From positions 6,145-70,144 of IMG/VR virus record IMGVR_UViG_3300028840_002336: a stretch of 64,000 nt of DNA. The stretch is one strand, 5' to 3'. The notes under the pieces were generated by a model, which was not told the origin of the DNA, ran no database searches, and worked only from the letters and a program-made list of their open reading frames with translations. Both the position numbers and the translations under genes were made by a program. Source of the DNA: a virus. The number at the start of each line of letters is the position of its first letter. Positions within the stretch are counted from its first letter, which is position 1. This document shows positions 27,692 to 37,540 of the stretch, in pieces.

Positions 27692-29424
27692 GTCAGACCT
27701 CCGTTGCCGTCGAGGTAGATGACCTCTGCCAGCTCGTCGTCGGGATCGACGTTGCGCGCCTTCGGCTTCGGCCGCATCAGGTTCTTGCGCCCCACGCGGT
27801 CGATGCGCTCGCGGTTCTCTTCCGCCCACCCGCTGCCGACCAGGCCGCTAGGCTCGAGGGGGATGACGTAGCGGAGCTGGCGCGGCGCTGGCCGCCCCAT
27901 GTCCCACGCCTGCGGGTCTTGCTTTCCAGCCTTTGTCTCCGGCCAGGTCATCCGGTCACGCAGCTCTTCCGGGTCGACCACGTCGATCGGCGGCGCCGGC
28001 CGCGGGGCCTTCCCCTCGTAGTTGGCCGCGGTGCCGTAGCTCTTCGGCCAGGCGCCGGCAACCCAGTCCCGCGCGGCCGCTTCCGCCGGGTGCACCCCGG
28101 CCTTCATCATCTCGCCGCGGTCGGCCTTCGTGATCCCCACCCAGCGCTTGAAGGCGTCGATGTCCATCGCCTGGATGCCGCCGTAGCGGCGCAGGTCGGT
28201 CATGTGCGCCAGGTAGGCGTCGACGGCGTGGCTCTCGTGGATGAAGCCCAGGAAGCACTTGTCCTCGTCGAAGCTCCCCGTGTCCGGGTCGAGCTGGTGG
28301 ATGATGTAGACCTGGCGCGCGCCTGGGTCCGGGCCCAGATAGACGTCGATCTCGTCCTCGTCGGCGCCGGTGGTCGAGCGCACGTAGCCGTAGGGCAGCA
28401 GCATGTAGGTCTCGCCCGGGGTGCCGTCGGGGTCGGTCCACTTGCGCACGGTGCCCGGCCGGTTCTCGATCAGCACCGGGATGCCCTGGTACCAGACGAG
28501 GTCGCTCGTCTCGTAGGCCTTCACGAGGTCGAACTCGTCGGCGATGGCACGCGCCATCTCTTCGTGGCTCTGGTAGCGCACGCCCAGCTCGCCGCCCGGC
28601 ACGAGGTCGCCGTCCTCGTCGAAGCCCCATCCGTCAGGCACACGCACGAGCTGGCACTGGCAGTGCGGATGCACCGTGCCGACGACGGCTTTCCAGTCCT
28701 TCGCCTTCTTCCCGAAGTTGCTGCCGTTGGCCTCGAGCCAGGAGAGGCGGAAGATGCGCGGGATGCCGCCCACGGTGTGGAGCCTGATGCAGTGCTCGCA
28801 CGCGTTGGGCATCGGGATCTTGGCGACCCACGGGTCGTCGAAGCGCGCGCGGAAGTTGTCGGCGACGCCGTTCTGCATCGCCTGTTGCTTCTCGGTGACG
28901 GCAATGCGGTCGAAGTCGCGCTGCCAGTCGCCGGTCGCCCAGCCGAGACTGCTGCGGATAGTGCGCGCCGACTTGCGCTTCTCGACGGCCTCGCTGACGG
29001 TCGCCTCGATACGCTCCCGCATCTGCTGACGCAGCCGCGACTCTTCCGCGACGATGAACTGGTCGGCTTGCTGCACGACGCGCTCGCCCAGGCCGACGAT
29101 GAACTGGCCGGCGTGGTGAGAGGCCCAGTCAGAGGCGCGGCGCTCGACGTCAGTGAGCGCGATGGGGGCGTTGGGCAGCTGCGACTTGAACTGCTCGTAG
29201 GTCATCTTGTCGAGCGCGCCCGACTCGAGCTGCCCGACGAGCTGCCCGAAAAGGTAGGCGTCATTGACCGCGGCCATCTCCGGGTCGAGCAGTCCTCGCG
29301 CCTCCAGCTCGTCGAGCGTCTCCTGGGGCAAAGTCGCCATGCCGACGTAGTTGGCCACGAAGGCATTGTGGTGCCGACGGATGATCTCGCGGATCTCGTG
29401 CAGCTGCTCGTCGGTCAGGAGCAT
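27688..29424 (-). CDS. MuF-like head morphogenesis protein fused to an inorganic pyrophosphatase-like domain
   Basis: RIAVTE...ACEHC...VHPHCQC (MuF-type); IENRPGTVR...YGYVRSTTGADEDEIDVYLGP...FDEDKCFLGF (pyrophosphatase-like). Confidence 0.8.
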   Translation of the reverse strand: MLLTDEQLHEIREIIRRHHNAFVANYVGMATLPQETLDELEARGLLDPEMAAVNDAYLFGQLVGQLESGALDKMTYEQFKSQLPNAPIALTDVERRASDWASHHAGQFIVGLGERVVQQADQFIVAEESRLRQQMRERIEATVSEAVEKRKSARTIRSSLGWATGDWQRDFDRIAVTEKQQAMQNGVADNFRARFDDPWVAKIPMPNACEHCIRLHTVGGIPRIFRLSWLEANGSNFGKKAKDWKAVVGTVHPHCQCQLVRVPDGWGFDEDGDLVPGGELGVRYQSHEEMARAIADEFDLVKAYETSDLVWYQGIPVLIENRPGTVRKWTDPDGTPGETYMLLPYGYVRSTTGADEDEIDVYLGPDPGARQVYIIHQLDPDTGSFDEDKCFLGFIHESHAVDAYLAHMTDLRRYGGIQAMDIDAFKRWVGITKADRGEMMKAGVHPAEAAARDWVAGAWPKSYGTAANYEGKAPRPAPPIDVVDPEELRDRMTWPETKAGKQDPQAWDMGRPAPRQLRYVIPLEPSGLVGSGWAEENRERIDRVGRKNLMRPKPKARNVDPDDELAEVIYLDGNGGLT

Positions 29425-32400
29425 CAGGCCGCGCCTTCTTTGGCCGACTCGGGCTCAGCTTCCGGCGCCGCCCAGTGCGTATCGTCCTGCGCGCCCTCGG
29501 CATCCATCGCCGCCAGGCCGGAGATCACCGGCACCGCGTCGTAGTGCACCGGCGCGGCCGGGCCGTGCTTCCCGAACGACTGCAACACGCCCGCGGAGAC
29601 GATCTGCGCCACGTCGTGGTGGTCCTGGCCGTCGTGGTCGTAGTCGTCGCCCCCGTCGATGGGTGGCGGCTTCGGCGGCGCCTGGGGCGGCTGCTTCTTC
29701 GCCTGGGCCTTCGACAGGATGTCGGCGAAGTCGACGAGGGAGATGCCACCGGTCATCGCCTTCGCGAAGGCTTCGATGCCGGTCACCTTCGCGATGGTCT
29801 GCCAGAGCACCCCGTGGTCGGTGTCGCTACCGCCCTCTGCGTCCCACATACGCCACTGGGCCATGCCCAGGCGCAGCTCTTCGGGATCGTCCTGCTTGTA
29901 GCTCGCGCTGCGCCCCAGGGCGCCCTCAAACTCGCGGTAGAGGTCGCCGTCGGCCGCGATCTTGCTCGCGAGCTTCGTGGCCGCGTCGCCCTTCGCGCCG
30001 GTGAGATGCTGGAGCACCCGCGCGTCGATGCACCCGACGTTGCTGTAGCCGAGCAACTCGAGGCAGAAGCTGATCTTGGCGTTGGCCAGGCCACCGCCCC
30101 CGTGCTCCTTGAAGCCCGGATGCTCGCGCAGCCAGTCGCGCAGCTCGGGGCCGTGGTCGGGGAACTTCTTGATGCCCTCTTCGATGATCGCGCGCGAGGC
30201 CTTCGTCTTCCGGAACTCTTCGGTGCGCGCGTTCTGCACGCCCAGGGGGCGCATGATCTGCGTCAGCTCTTCGAGCTTGCGCTCGCCCTCCGGCCTGGTG
30301 AGCCACTGCTCGACCTGGGGCCAGACGCGCTCCTGCACCTTCGCGGAGGTCCGCTTCGACGTGATGGCGAAGAGGGCGATGGCGTCGATCACCGAGCCCG
30401 GCAGGTTTCCAGACTTACGCATCTCCGCCAGGCGCTGCATGTGCTTGCTCGCGCGCTGCACACCTTCCTTCTCGTAGCGCGCCGGGTCGTTCTGGGTGGT
30501 GTCGACCCATTGGCCATCCCAGCCCGGGTCTTCCTTCCACCCGTAGCGCTTCCACCAGTCCTTGCCGCCAGCCATGCGCTTGCCGCTGCTCTTCTTCGAG
30601 TGCACCGCGTGCTCGAAGCCGTGCTCCTTGGCGACCTTCTTCGAGACCTTCTCGCCGTGGTAGATCGCGTGCAGCGTCGAGCGCGCGTGCAGCTTCTCCG
30701 GCTTCTCCTTGAGGTCACGCGCGGGCTTGTCCTCGGAGCCGGACCACTTCTGCTTGAACTCGTCGCCGGACATCTCGTGTGCACCGCGCTGGTGCTCGCC
30801 AGGCGTGTGCGTACGCGTCCACGTGTTGTTCTGCTCGTTGTGGTAGAGCCGCGCCTTGCGCTGCTCGTTGACTGGCAGCCGGTGGCGCATCTTGCCCGCG
30901 TTGGGGTCGTACGGAATGGTGTGCTCGGGGTCCGCCCACTTCCCGCCCTTGGGACCGATGTACGGGCCGCCGCCGGTCATCGCCTTGATGAAGGCCTCGC
31001 CGTCTTCCTCGGAGATCTCTCCGCTGGCGACGAGCGACTTGAACATCTCGAAGAGGTCGAGGTGTTCGCCCTTCTCTTCCTTTGCCTTCACCGGCGTGCG
31101 CTTGAGCTGTTTGCGCTGACGCTTGCGGGGTTCCTTCTCCGCGGGCTCAGCCGGCGGCCCAGCTTCGACGCGGGCCATGAAGTCCGTCGACGACTCACCT
31201 TCACGGCGACCGCCGTACTGCGCTTCGATGACGTCAGTCACCGGCCGGATGCTGCTGGTGTACGACAGCTCCCAGTAGGAGTCGTCGGCCGTCTTCCTGG
31301 GCCGCAGCGTCACGCCGCCCGCCCTGGAGTCGTGGTTGAAGGTGTCCTCGCGGATCGTCACCGCGTCGTTTCCAGCCTTTCGCTGGTCGCGGAACCACCC
31401 GCGCAGGAAGGTCGCCTCCTTCGGCGAGATCTTCACCCCGGACCAGCCACCGCCCTCGACGGGCTCTTCCCGCTCCTTGCGGTGCAGCTGCTTCACGCGC
31501 TTGGCCAGCTCGTCTGGCACCTCGTCGAGGTAGGTGGCCGCGATCTCGTTCGTCTTGTGGAAGAAGGGGCGCACCGTCTCCTTGCGCCGGCGCAGGTCGT
31601 CGTGCGCGAGCACCTTGCGCGACAGCTCGCCCAGGCCCGTGGATGCGTGGCGCGCCATAGCGCGCGCCTCGGGGTCGCGATCCTTCTCGCTCGCCATCTC
31701 GTCTTCGAGGTTCGACAGGTCGGTGAGCAGCCGCGCGATGCGCCCGGCCGTCGCCTTGTCCCCGGGCAGGGTGAACTTTCCAGACTTCTGGTCGAAGTGC
31801 CGGTGAAGCTCCTGATAGGCCGCGCGCTCTTCATCGTCGAGGCCGTGCCCCTCGGGATCGGTCGCGAACTCCGCCACCCGGGACTCGAAGGTAGTCACCG
31901 CCCACTGGGGCACCTTGACCGTGGGGCCAGTCGGCTTCTCCGTTGTCACTTCTGGCGCGTTGGTCGTGCCTGGGGGCTCGTAGGCGAAGGCCTGGCCACC
32001 GCGGTCACCGGCTGCGTAGGACCGGTCGAGCCGGCCCTGCTTGTAGAGCTTCTCCAGCGTCGAGCGAATGGCGTCGCTCAACTCCCGGTCGTCGAGCATC
32101 TTCGCGTGCTCGGGGAGCGCGGCCTGCTTGTAGTAGTCCTTGAGCCACGCCACGGTCAACGAGGGCTCCTTGGACATCCCGGTCCCACTCCGCCACCGCT
32201 CGTACGCGTCGGTGATGAAGCGCGGCAGCTCGCCGGCAAACCACTCGCGCGTCTGCGCGCGGCGATCCGCCTGGCGCTGCCCGACGTCAGGGGGCTTGGC
32301 CTCGGGCTCGTGCACCTCTGTCGAGACCGCCTTGCCCTCGTCGGTGACCGTCGCCTGGATCGCCTGCACCAAAGCCGCGTTAGGCTTCTCACCGCGCAGC

Positions 32401-35399
32401 TCGGCCAGAACGCTCTCAACGGAGACGTCGGTGTTGAGCCACCGGTTCTCTTCCTCTGTGAGGACACGCCCCTCGTTCTGCTTCTTGGTCAGCTCGATCT
32501 TGTACTTGAGCAGCGACGAGATGGCGGTGTCGAAGTCATTGCCCTCCGCCGTCACCCAGTAGACGTTGACGGGCTTGTCCTGGCCGGGCCGGTGGGCACG
32601 CGCCTCTGCCTGGCGGAACTCCATGGCCGTCCAGGGCAGGTCATTGAAGACCACCTTGTCGACGGACGTGAGCGTAGCTCCCTCCTGCAACGTATCCATC
32701 GTCCCGACGAGCACGCGGGCCTTCTCGTTCTCGTCGCGCGTCGACGGCTTGAACTTCCGCTTGATGCGCTCGCGGGCCTCGTCGCCAGTCTCGCCGAAGT
32801 GCAGTTCGGCCAGGCCGTCCTCGCGCTCGTTGAATCGCTTGGTCAGCTCTCGCGCGGCCCCCTTGCTGTTCGTGAAGACCAGCACGTTGCTGTCGCTGCT
32901 GTCGAGGATCTCGTTGACGAAGTCCGCCGTCATCGGCGCCTTGGCCTGCGCCAGCGCGGTCTTGATTCTGCTGTAGTCGCCGATGCCGTATTGCAGCATC
33001 CCCTCGAGCAGGCCGGCGGCGCTCTCACTGCCCTCCGACGCCTTCATCTGCAACTCTTGGATACGCTCCCGCAGCGCCTCGACTGCCTCATCTGCGATGA
33101 CGTCGGCTTCCTCCGGGGTCTTCCCCTTCTCGATCGCGGACGCGCGCGTGAACCACCTCTCGTTGTTCACGAGCTTCTCGTGGTCGGTCGGGAGGTCAGG
33201 CGCCCCGGGCGCCTTGTGCGGCAGCAACTGCAAGGTCTTCGGCGGCAGGTCTTTGAGGACGATGTCCTTCTGCCTGGCCAGGTAGAAGTCGCGCATCTCC
33301 GACCAGAGCTGACCGGTGGTGCGGTCCTTGATGACGTTGCGTTGGTAGTCGCCCCACTCGCCGCGCACGGTGCGATAACCGTACTTGCCCGGCCGCACCA
33401 TCTCAATCTGCGTGATCAGGTCGTCGCGCTTGTTCTTGACGGCCGTGCCCGACAACAGGATCTTGTGCGGCGTCGACTCGCCGAGCTGTTGGATCGCCTT
33501 GGTGCGCTTCGCCCCAGGATTCTTCATCCGATGCGACTCGTCCATCACCATCACCTCGAAGCCGGCAGCTGCGAGGTAGGGAGTGAACTTCGCGACGGAC
33601 TCGTAGTTGATCGTCGCCAGGTTGGCGTCGGCGAGTCCCAGGCGCTCCGCGATGATCTGCTCGTCGCTCTTCTCGAAGAAGCTGGCGAGCGGGTCGTACG
33701 GCTTGCCCGCCTCTTTGTCGGCCGCCTCCTGAGCCTTCTTCTCCTTGGCGAGCTTGCGCTTCTCCTTGAGCAGCGCCTTGCTGTTCAACTCCTTGCCGAC
33801 GAAGTGGGTGGGGAAGAATTGGTCCGCCTCTTCCACCCAGGTGCGCCGCACCGTCTTCGGGCAAATCACGACGGTCTTCTTCCCGGTGACGGCGGCGTAG
33901 GCCAAGACCTGGAACGTCTTGCCCAGTCCCATCTCGTCGCCGAGCATCGCGTTGCCGTCCTTGTCGAGCAAGAACCGGATGCCTTCATTCTGATACGGGA
34001 AAGCCTTGAACTCCGGGTTGAGCTTCGCAGCGACTTCGGGGATCGGCTGGCGGAGCTGTGCCTGCCTCGCATCTTCCTTCGCTCGCGCCTCGTCGAAGCC
34101 CTCGGTGACGATGGTCATCTCGGGGTCGACTTCCTTGATGTACCGGAGAGCCGCCTCCGCGGTGTCGATGTCGAAGACGTGCACGCCCCAGGGTTGCGTC
34201 GTCGAGTCCCACCACGTCAGGGCCGTGAGGTAGCCGGCCTTGTTCGAGAAGATCTTGGAGAGCTTACCCTTCGGGAAACGGAACTCGATCGTGCCCTTGT
34301 CGGGGTTGACCTTCGCGCCGACCGCCTTCTTGTAGGTGCCGTCGGCCAGGCCGCGCCAGACCGCGTCGACAGGGCTCTCCGACTTGACGGCCGCCTCGAG
34401 CGCGGCCTTCTCTTCTGCCGCGCGCTCCTTGGGGGTCTTACCCCTGGGGGGAGTGTCGGGGAAGATGGCGTCGGGGATGATTTCGACGAGGCCCTTCTTG
34501 TAGGCGTCGAAGTCGAAATCGTCCCACTCCTTCAACACGTAGACGCCGCGAGCTGGGAACATGCCCAGGCCCTTGTGGTAGGCGTGCACCTCTTCCCAAA
34601 CCGCACGGTCCTTGATGTAAGCGTCGACCTTGACGTTGAGGCTGCCGAACGTCGGGTGAATGCCCCACACGACGGGCATCGGGTCTTGCGGCGCGTTGCC
34701 GTACTTCGGGTCGTGCGCGGAGATGCCGGCCGCGTAGTAGTCGTGGGGGTTCTGCTCGAGGATCTGTCGACGGTACTTGTAGAGCAGCTTGCGCATCTTG
34801 TGCAGACTGCCCCGCACGCTCTCCCATCGCTCCATGTCGTGCGACGAGAAGCCGGTGGCGTCGCGCTCCCGACTGTTCAAGCGTTGCAGCTCGTACAGGC
34901 CGTCGCCGATGGTCTGGCAGACGAGCGTAGCCTTCTCGTCGCCGTACCGCTCCCCCTTGTCGTGCTCCTTCGCGTGCTCGACCTTGTGCCTCACCTCCGC
35001 CTTTACCTTGCCGTGCTTGGCCGGGTCCCAGTGGATGGTGTGCTTCGGGTCCGCCCAGAGACCACCGCGGGGGCCGATGTACGGCCCGCCCTTCGGGGGC
35101 GCCTTCTTCTTTCCAGCCTTTTCCAAGCTCTTCTCACCGTCCTCGTCGACAGCCTGGCCCAGCACCTCTGCGATCTCCGCGTTCATCGACTTGAGCTGGT
35201 CCCCGTAGGCCTCGCGCAGCCGGCCGTGCAAGTCGCGCAGCACCTGCCAGTGCAGGTCGACGGAGGCCTCGCGCAGGCTCTTTTCCAGGCTTTTCGCGAG
35301 GGCCGGGTTGAAGGGCCTGACCTGTTCGGCCAGGCTCTTCACCATCTCCGTGCCCTTATCCCGCAGCTCCGCGGGTTCGGCCTCAAGGCGCAGTTTCAT
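29424..35399 (-). CDS. Giant polyvalent protein: SNF2-family helicase plus HhH DNA-glycosylase-like domain, with two copies of the leader motif
   Basis: FPYQNEG, GDEMGLGKT, VMDESH, LLSGT and QAEARAHRPGQ (SNF2); GGLANAKISFCLELLGYSNVGCIDARV (Ogg-like HhH with K and D). Confidence 0.85.
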   Translation of the reverse strand: MKLRLEAEPAELRDKGTEMVKSLAEQVRPFNPALAKSLEKSLREASVDLHWQVLRDLHGRLREAYGDQLKSMNAEIAEVLGQAVDEDGEKSLEKAGKKKAPPKGGPYIGPRGGLWADPKHTIHWDPAKHGKVKAEVRHKVEHAKEHDKGERYGDEKATLVCQTIGDGLYELQRLNSRERDATGFSSHDMERWESVRGSLHKMRKLLYKYRRQILEQNPHDYYAAGISAHDPKYGNAPQDPMPVVWGIHPTFGSLNVKVDAYIKDRAVWEEVHAYHKGLGMFPARGVYVLKEWDDFDFDAYKKGLVEIIPDAIFPDTPPRGKTPKERAAEEKAALEAAVKSESPVDAVWRGLADGTYKKAVGAKVNPDKGTIEFRFPKGKLSKIFSNKAGYLTALTWWDSTTQPWGVHVFDIDTAEAALRYIKEVDPEMTIVTEGFDEARAKEDARQAQLRQPIPEVAAKLNPEFKAFPYQNEGIRFLLDKDGNAMLGDEMGLGKTFQVLAYAAVTGKKTVVICPKTVRRTWVEEADQFFPTHFVGKELNSKALLKEKRKLAKEKKAQEAADKEAGKPYDPLASFFEKSDEQIIAERLGLADANLATINYESVAKFTPYLAAAGFEVMVMDESHRMKNPGAKRTKAIQQLGESTPHKILLSGTAVKNKRDDLITQIEMVRPGKYGYRTVRGEWGDYQRNVIKDRTTGQLWSEMRDFYLARQKDIVLKDLPPKTLQLLPHKAPGAPDLPTDHEKLVNNERWFTRASAIEKGKTPEEADVIADEAVEALRERIQELQMKASEGSESAAGLLEGMLQYGIGDYSRIKTALAQAKAPMTADFVNEILDSSDSNVLVFTNSKGAARELTKRFNEREDGLAELHFGETGDEARERIKRKFKPSTRDENEKARVLVGTMDTLQEGATLTSVDKVVFNDLPWTAMEFRQAEARAHRPGQDKPVNVYWVTAEGNDFDTAISSLLKYKIELTKKQNEGRVLTEEENRWLNTDVSVESVLAELRGEKPNAALVQAIQATVTDEGKAVSTEVHEPEAKPPDVGQRQADRRAQTREWFAGELPRFITDAYERWRSGTGMSKEPSLTVAWLKDYYKQAALPEHAKMLDDRELSDAIRSTLEKLYKQGRLDRSYAAGDRGGQAFAYEPPGTTNAPEVTTEKPTGPTVKVPQWAVTTFESRVAEFATDPEGHGLDDEERAAYQELHRHFDQKSGKFTLPGDKATAGRIARLLTDLSNLEDEMASEKDRDPEARAMARHASTGLGELSRKVLAHDDLRRRKETVRPFFHKTNEIAATYLDEVPDELAKRVKQLHRKEREEPVEGGGWSGVKISPKEATFLRGWFRDQRKAGNDAVTIREDTFNHDSRAGGVTLRPRKTADDSYWELSYTSSIRPVTDVIEAQYGGRREGESSTDFMARVEAGPPAEPAEKEPRKRQRKQLKRTPVKAKEEKGEHLDLFEMFKSLVASGEISEEDGEAFIKAMTGGGPYIGPKGGKWADPEHTIPYDPNAGKMRHRLPVNEQRKARLYHNEQNNTWTRTHTPGEHQRGAHEMSGDEFKQKWSGSEDKPARDLKEKPEKLHARSTLHAIYHGEKVSKKVAKEHGFEHAVHSKKSSGKRMAGGKDWWKRYGWKEDPGWDGQWVDTTQNDPARYEKEGVQRASKHMQRLAEMRKSGNLPGSVIDAIALFAITSKRTSAKVQERVWPQVEQWLTRPEGERKLEELTQIMRPLGVQNARTEEFRKTKASRAIIEEGIKKFPDHGPELRDWLREHPGFKEHGGGGLANAKISFCLELLGYSNVGCIDARVLQHLTGAKGDAATKLASKIAADGDLYREFEGALGRSASYKQDDPEELRLGMAQWRMWDAEGGSDTDHGVLWQTIAKVTGIEAFAKAMTGGISLVDFADILSKAQAKKQPPQAPPKPPPIDGGDDYDHDGQDHHDVAQIVSAGVLQSFGKHGPAAPVHYDAVPVISGLAAMDAEGAQDDTHWAAPEAEPESAKEGAA

Positions 35400-35410
35400 C
35401 GCGGGCCCCT

Positions 35411-35794
35411 CTACGAAGCGTCACCCCAGACAGCAAAGACACCGGTGACGTCGGCGTCGACCGGCGCCTCCAGCTCGAGCTGGGACAGGTCGCACTCCAT
35501 CAGGAGCTTCGCGTACGACGCGCCCCCGGCCTTCCGCAGCTGGATGTCGTCGGTGCTGCCGTTGAGGCGCACGACGCACTCCTGGTCGACCTTGAGGTAG
35601 AAGCCCTTGACCGCGTCGACGTCACCGAAGGGCAGCGACTCGGTCACCGTCTGGGCCACGCGGACCTTGGTGCTGGCCGCGCGCTGAAAGCCGTCGCTCT
35701 GGGTCTGAGCCAGAGTCTCGTCGGTGTCGAAGAGCTTGTCCTTGAACTCGGTGTCGTCTCCGATCCTCACGATGACCGTGTGCCTCACTCGCAT
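35411..35794 (-). CDS. Hypothetical protein
   Basis: GGAG RBS; between the portal and the giant protein. Confidence 0.6.
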   Translation of the reverse strand: MRVRHTVIVRIGDDTEFKDKLFDTDETLAQTQSDGFQRAASTKVRVAQTVTESLPFGDVDAVKGFYLKVDQECVVRLNGSTDDIQLRKAGGASYAKLLMECDLSQLELEAPVDADVTGVFAVWGDAS

Positions 35795-35803
35795 GGTGTC
35801 TCC

Positions 35804-37528
35804 CTAGAGCTTGAGGTCGATGACGACCGCGTCTCTTCCGTAGGACTCGCTTCGTCCGAAGGGGGAGGGGGCCCCGCCTTCTCCTCCCCCTCCCGCGGCC
35901 GCAGCTGCTGGAGGTGGGCCAGCCTCAGCCTCGCCAGCTTCTTCTTCCTCCGGCTGTTCGCCGCCCATCTGCTCCGCGAACCCCTGTTCATCGAAGTCTT
36001 CCTCCCCCTCTTCACCTTCGGCAGCCGCCTGAGCCTGGGCGTCGATGCCCTGGGAGAACTGCTGCCACGTCGGGTCGAGGATGACCTGGCCCTTGCCGTC
36101 GGGCAGGGGCGGCTTGTCCTCTTCGGCGCGGATCTCGTCGACCATCATGCTCGTCTTGACCCGCTTGCCGTTGAGGTCGATCAACGCGTCCTGCGTCTTG
36201 GCGTCGAGGCCGACGAAGTCGAAGCTGAAATTCTCGTTCATCGGCCAGACGATGTACTGGTTGATGCAGTCGGCGACGAACTGGAGCAACGGGCGCAGGC
36301 CGCGCTCCTTCGACTCGGTGACCTTCTCCTTGTTCGACGCTTCCTGCATCCCGCTCTTCTGGCCGGTGTTGCCGTACTTGAAGTTGATCTCGACGGGGTC
36401 GATGGTGTACATCGCGCAGGCGACCTTGATCAGGAAGTCCATCCACGCGTTGTATTCCATATCTCTCGACGAGGATTGCATGTTGACCCACTGCAAGTCC
36501 TCGGCGTTGACGATGGGCGTCTTAAAGGCGTTTTCGACGCCAGCGACCTGGGAGTGGAAGTGACGACGGAACTGGCGCAGCTGGACCTCGGGGATCGCGC
36601 CCTTGAAGTTGAGCACGCCCTTCTGCGACACGCCCTGCGAGAACGCCTTGGTGTTGTATTCCCAGGCGTAGAGCATCGACGTGATGCAGTTGATCAGCAT
36701 CTCCAGCTCGGAGGTGCCGTAGCCGTAGAGCCTGATGTCCGCGCGCGGGTTGCGCACGCCGAAGCACAGCTCGTCGGTGCGATACTCCGACACGATCATG
36801 CCGTCGTAGATCTGCACGTACTTGACGTCGGTGTCGACGTTCTGCTTGAGGTGCATCGTCGCGGTGTCGGCGAGCCGCAGGGTGCGCCCGTCGACGGCGT
36901 ACCACTCGGCCGGCTTGCCCAGGCGGTTGGGCACGACCTCGAAGCCCATCTGGTCGTAGACCAGGGAGTCGCGCACGATCTTCTTGACGAAGGCCTCGAG
37001 CGTGTCACGCGACCGCATGTTGCTGGTCACGCCCGTCGTCGACAGCACACCCTCGCACCGCTTCATCCACCGCTTGTCAGCCGGCGACGGCTTGTCCTCC
37101 GCCTCACGGAGCTTGATCTTGTAGCCGAGCTGGTACCGGTCCCGCTGGGGCCGGCAGAACGCGGCGACCTGATTGACCCGCGTCTGGACAATGGTCTGCA
37201 CGATCGGCATCCGCCAGAGGATGGCGTCGAGCGTCCCGTAGGTGATCGACGACGGCCGGTCACGGTAGCCCATCTGCTCGATGATCGAGAACGGGTCCCA
37301 GAAGAGGCTCTGCGGGTCCCCCTCCGCCGGCTCGCGCACCACGCCTCCGGCGCGGGTGTGATCGCGCGGGGGAGCGAGCGCGGTGTCCTCCAGCTCGGGC
37401 TGGACGTCGGTATCCGCCTGGTCCTGGTCCTTCGGGTCCAGGGTCGCCTTCGCCAGCTCCTGTAGCATCTCGCCGGCCAGGCCGGCGGTGACACCAGCCG
37501 CGCGCAGGATGCGGTCGCGGAAGCTCAT
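35804..37528 (-). CDS. Portal protein
   Basis: IVQTRVNQVAAF, VRDSLVYDQ, WYAVDGRTLR, RNPRADI..YGYG.SELE, RDMEYNAW and IDPVEINF are SPO1/Twort-like portal motifs. Confidence 0.9.
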   Translation of the reverse strand: MSFRDRILRAAGVTAGLAGEMLQELAKATLDPKDQDQADTDVQPELEDTALAPPRDHTRAGGVVREPAEGDPQSLFWDPFSIIEQMGYRDRPSSITYGTLDAILWRMPIVQTIVQTRVNQVAAFCRPQRDRYQLGYKIKLREAEDKPSPADKRWMKRCEGVLSTTGVTSNMRSRDTLEAFVKKIVRDSLVYDQMGFEVVPNRLGKPAEWYAVDGRTLRLADTATMHLKQNVDTDVKYVQIYDGMIVSEYRTDELCFGVRNPRADIRLYGYGTSELEMLINCITSMLYAWEYNTKAFSQGVSQKGVLNFKGAIPEVQLRQFRRHFHSQVAGVENAFKTPIVNAEDLQWVNMQSSSRDMEYNAWMDFLIKVACAMYTIDPVEINFKYGNTGQKSGMQEASNKEKVTESKERGLRPLLQFVADCINQYIVWPMNENFSFDFVGLDAKTQDALIDLNGKRVKTSMMVDEIRAEEDKPPLPDGKGQVILDPTWQQFSQGIDAQAQAAAEGEEGEEDFDEQGFAEQMGGEQPEEEEAGEAEAGPPPAAAAAGGGGEGGAPSPFGRSESYGRDAVVIDLKL

Positions 37529-37540
37529 GGCCGTCTCCTG

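Noticed and set aside
29475-35600. 2041-aa plus-strand ORF and other long plus-strand ORFs (e.g. 10182..12392, 26084..27718, 35780..37465, 50161..51879)
   Set aside because: These are antisense shadows of well-supported minus-strand genes, expected at high GC3; they have no recognisable motifs.
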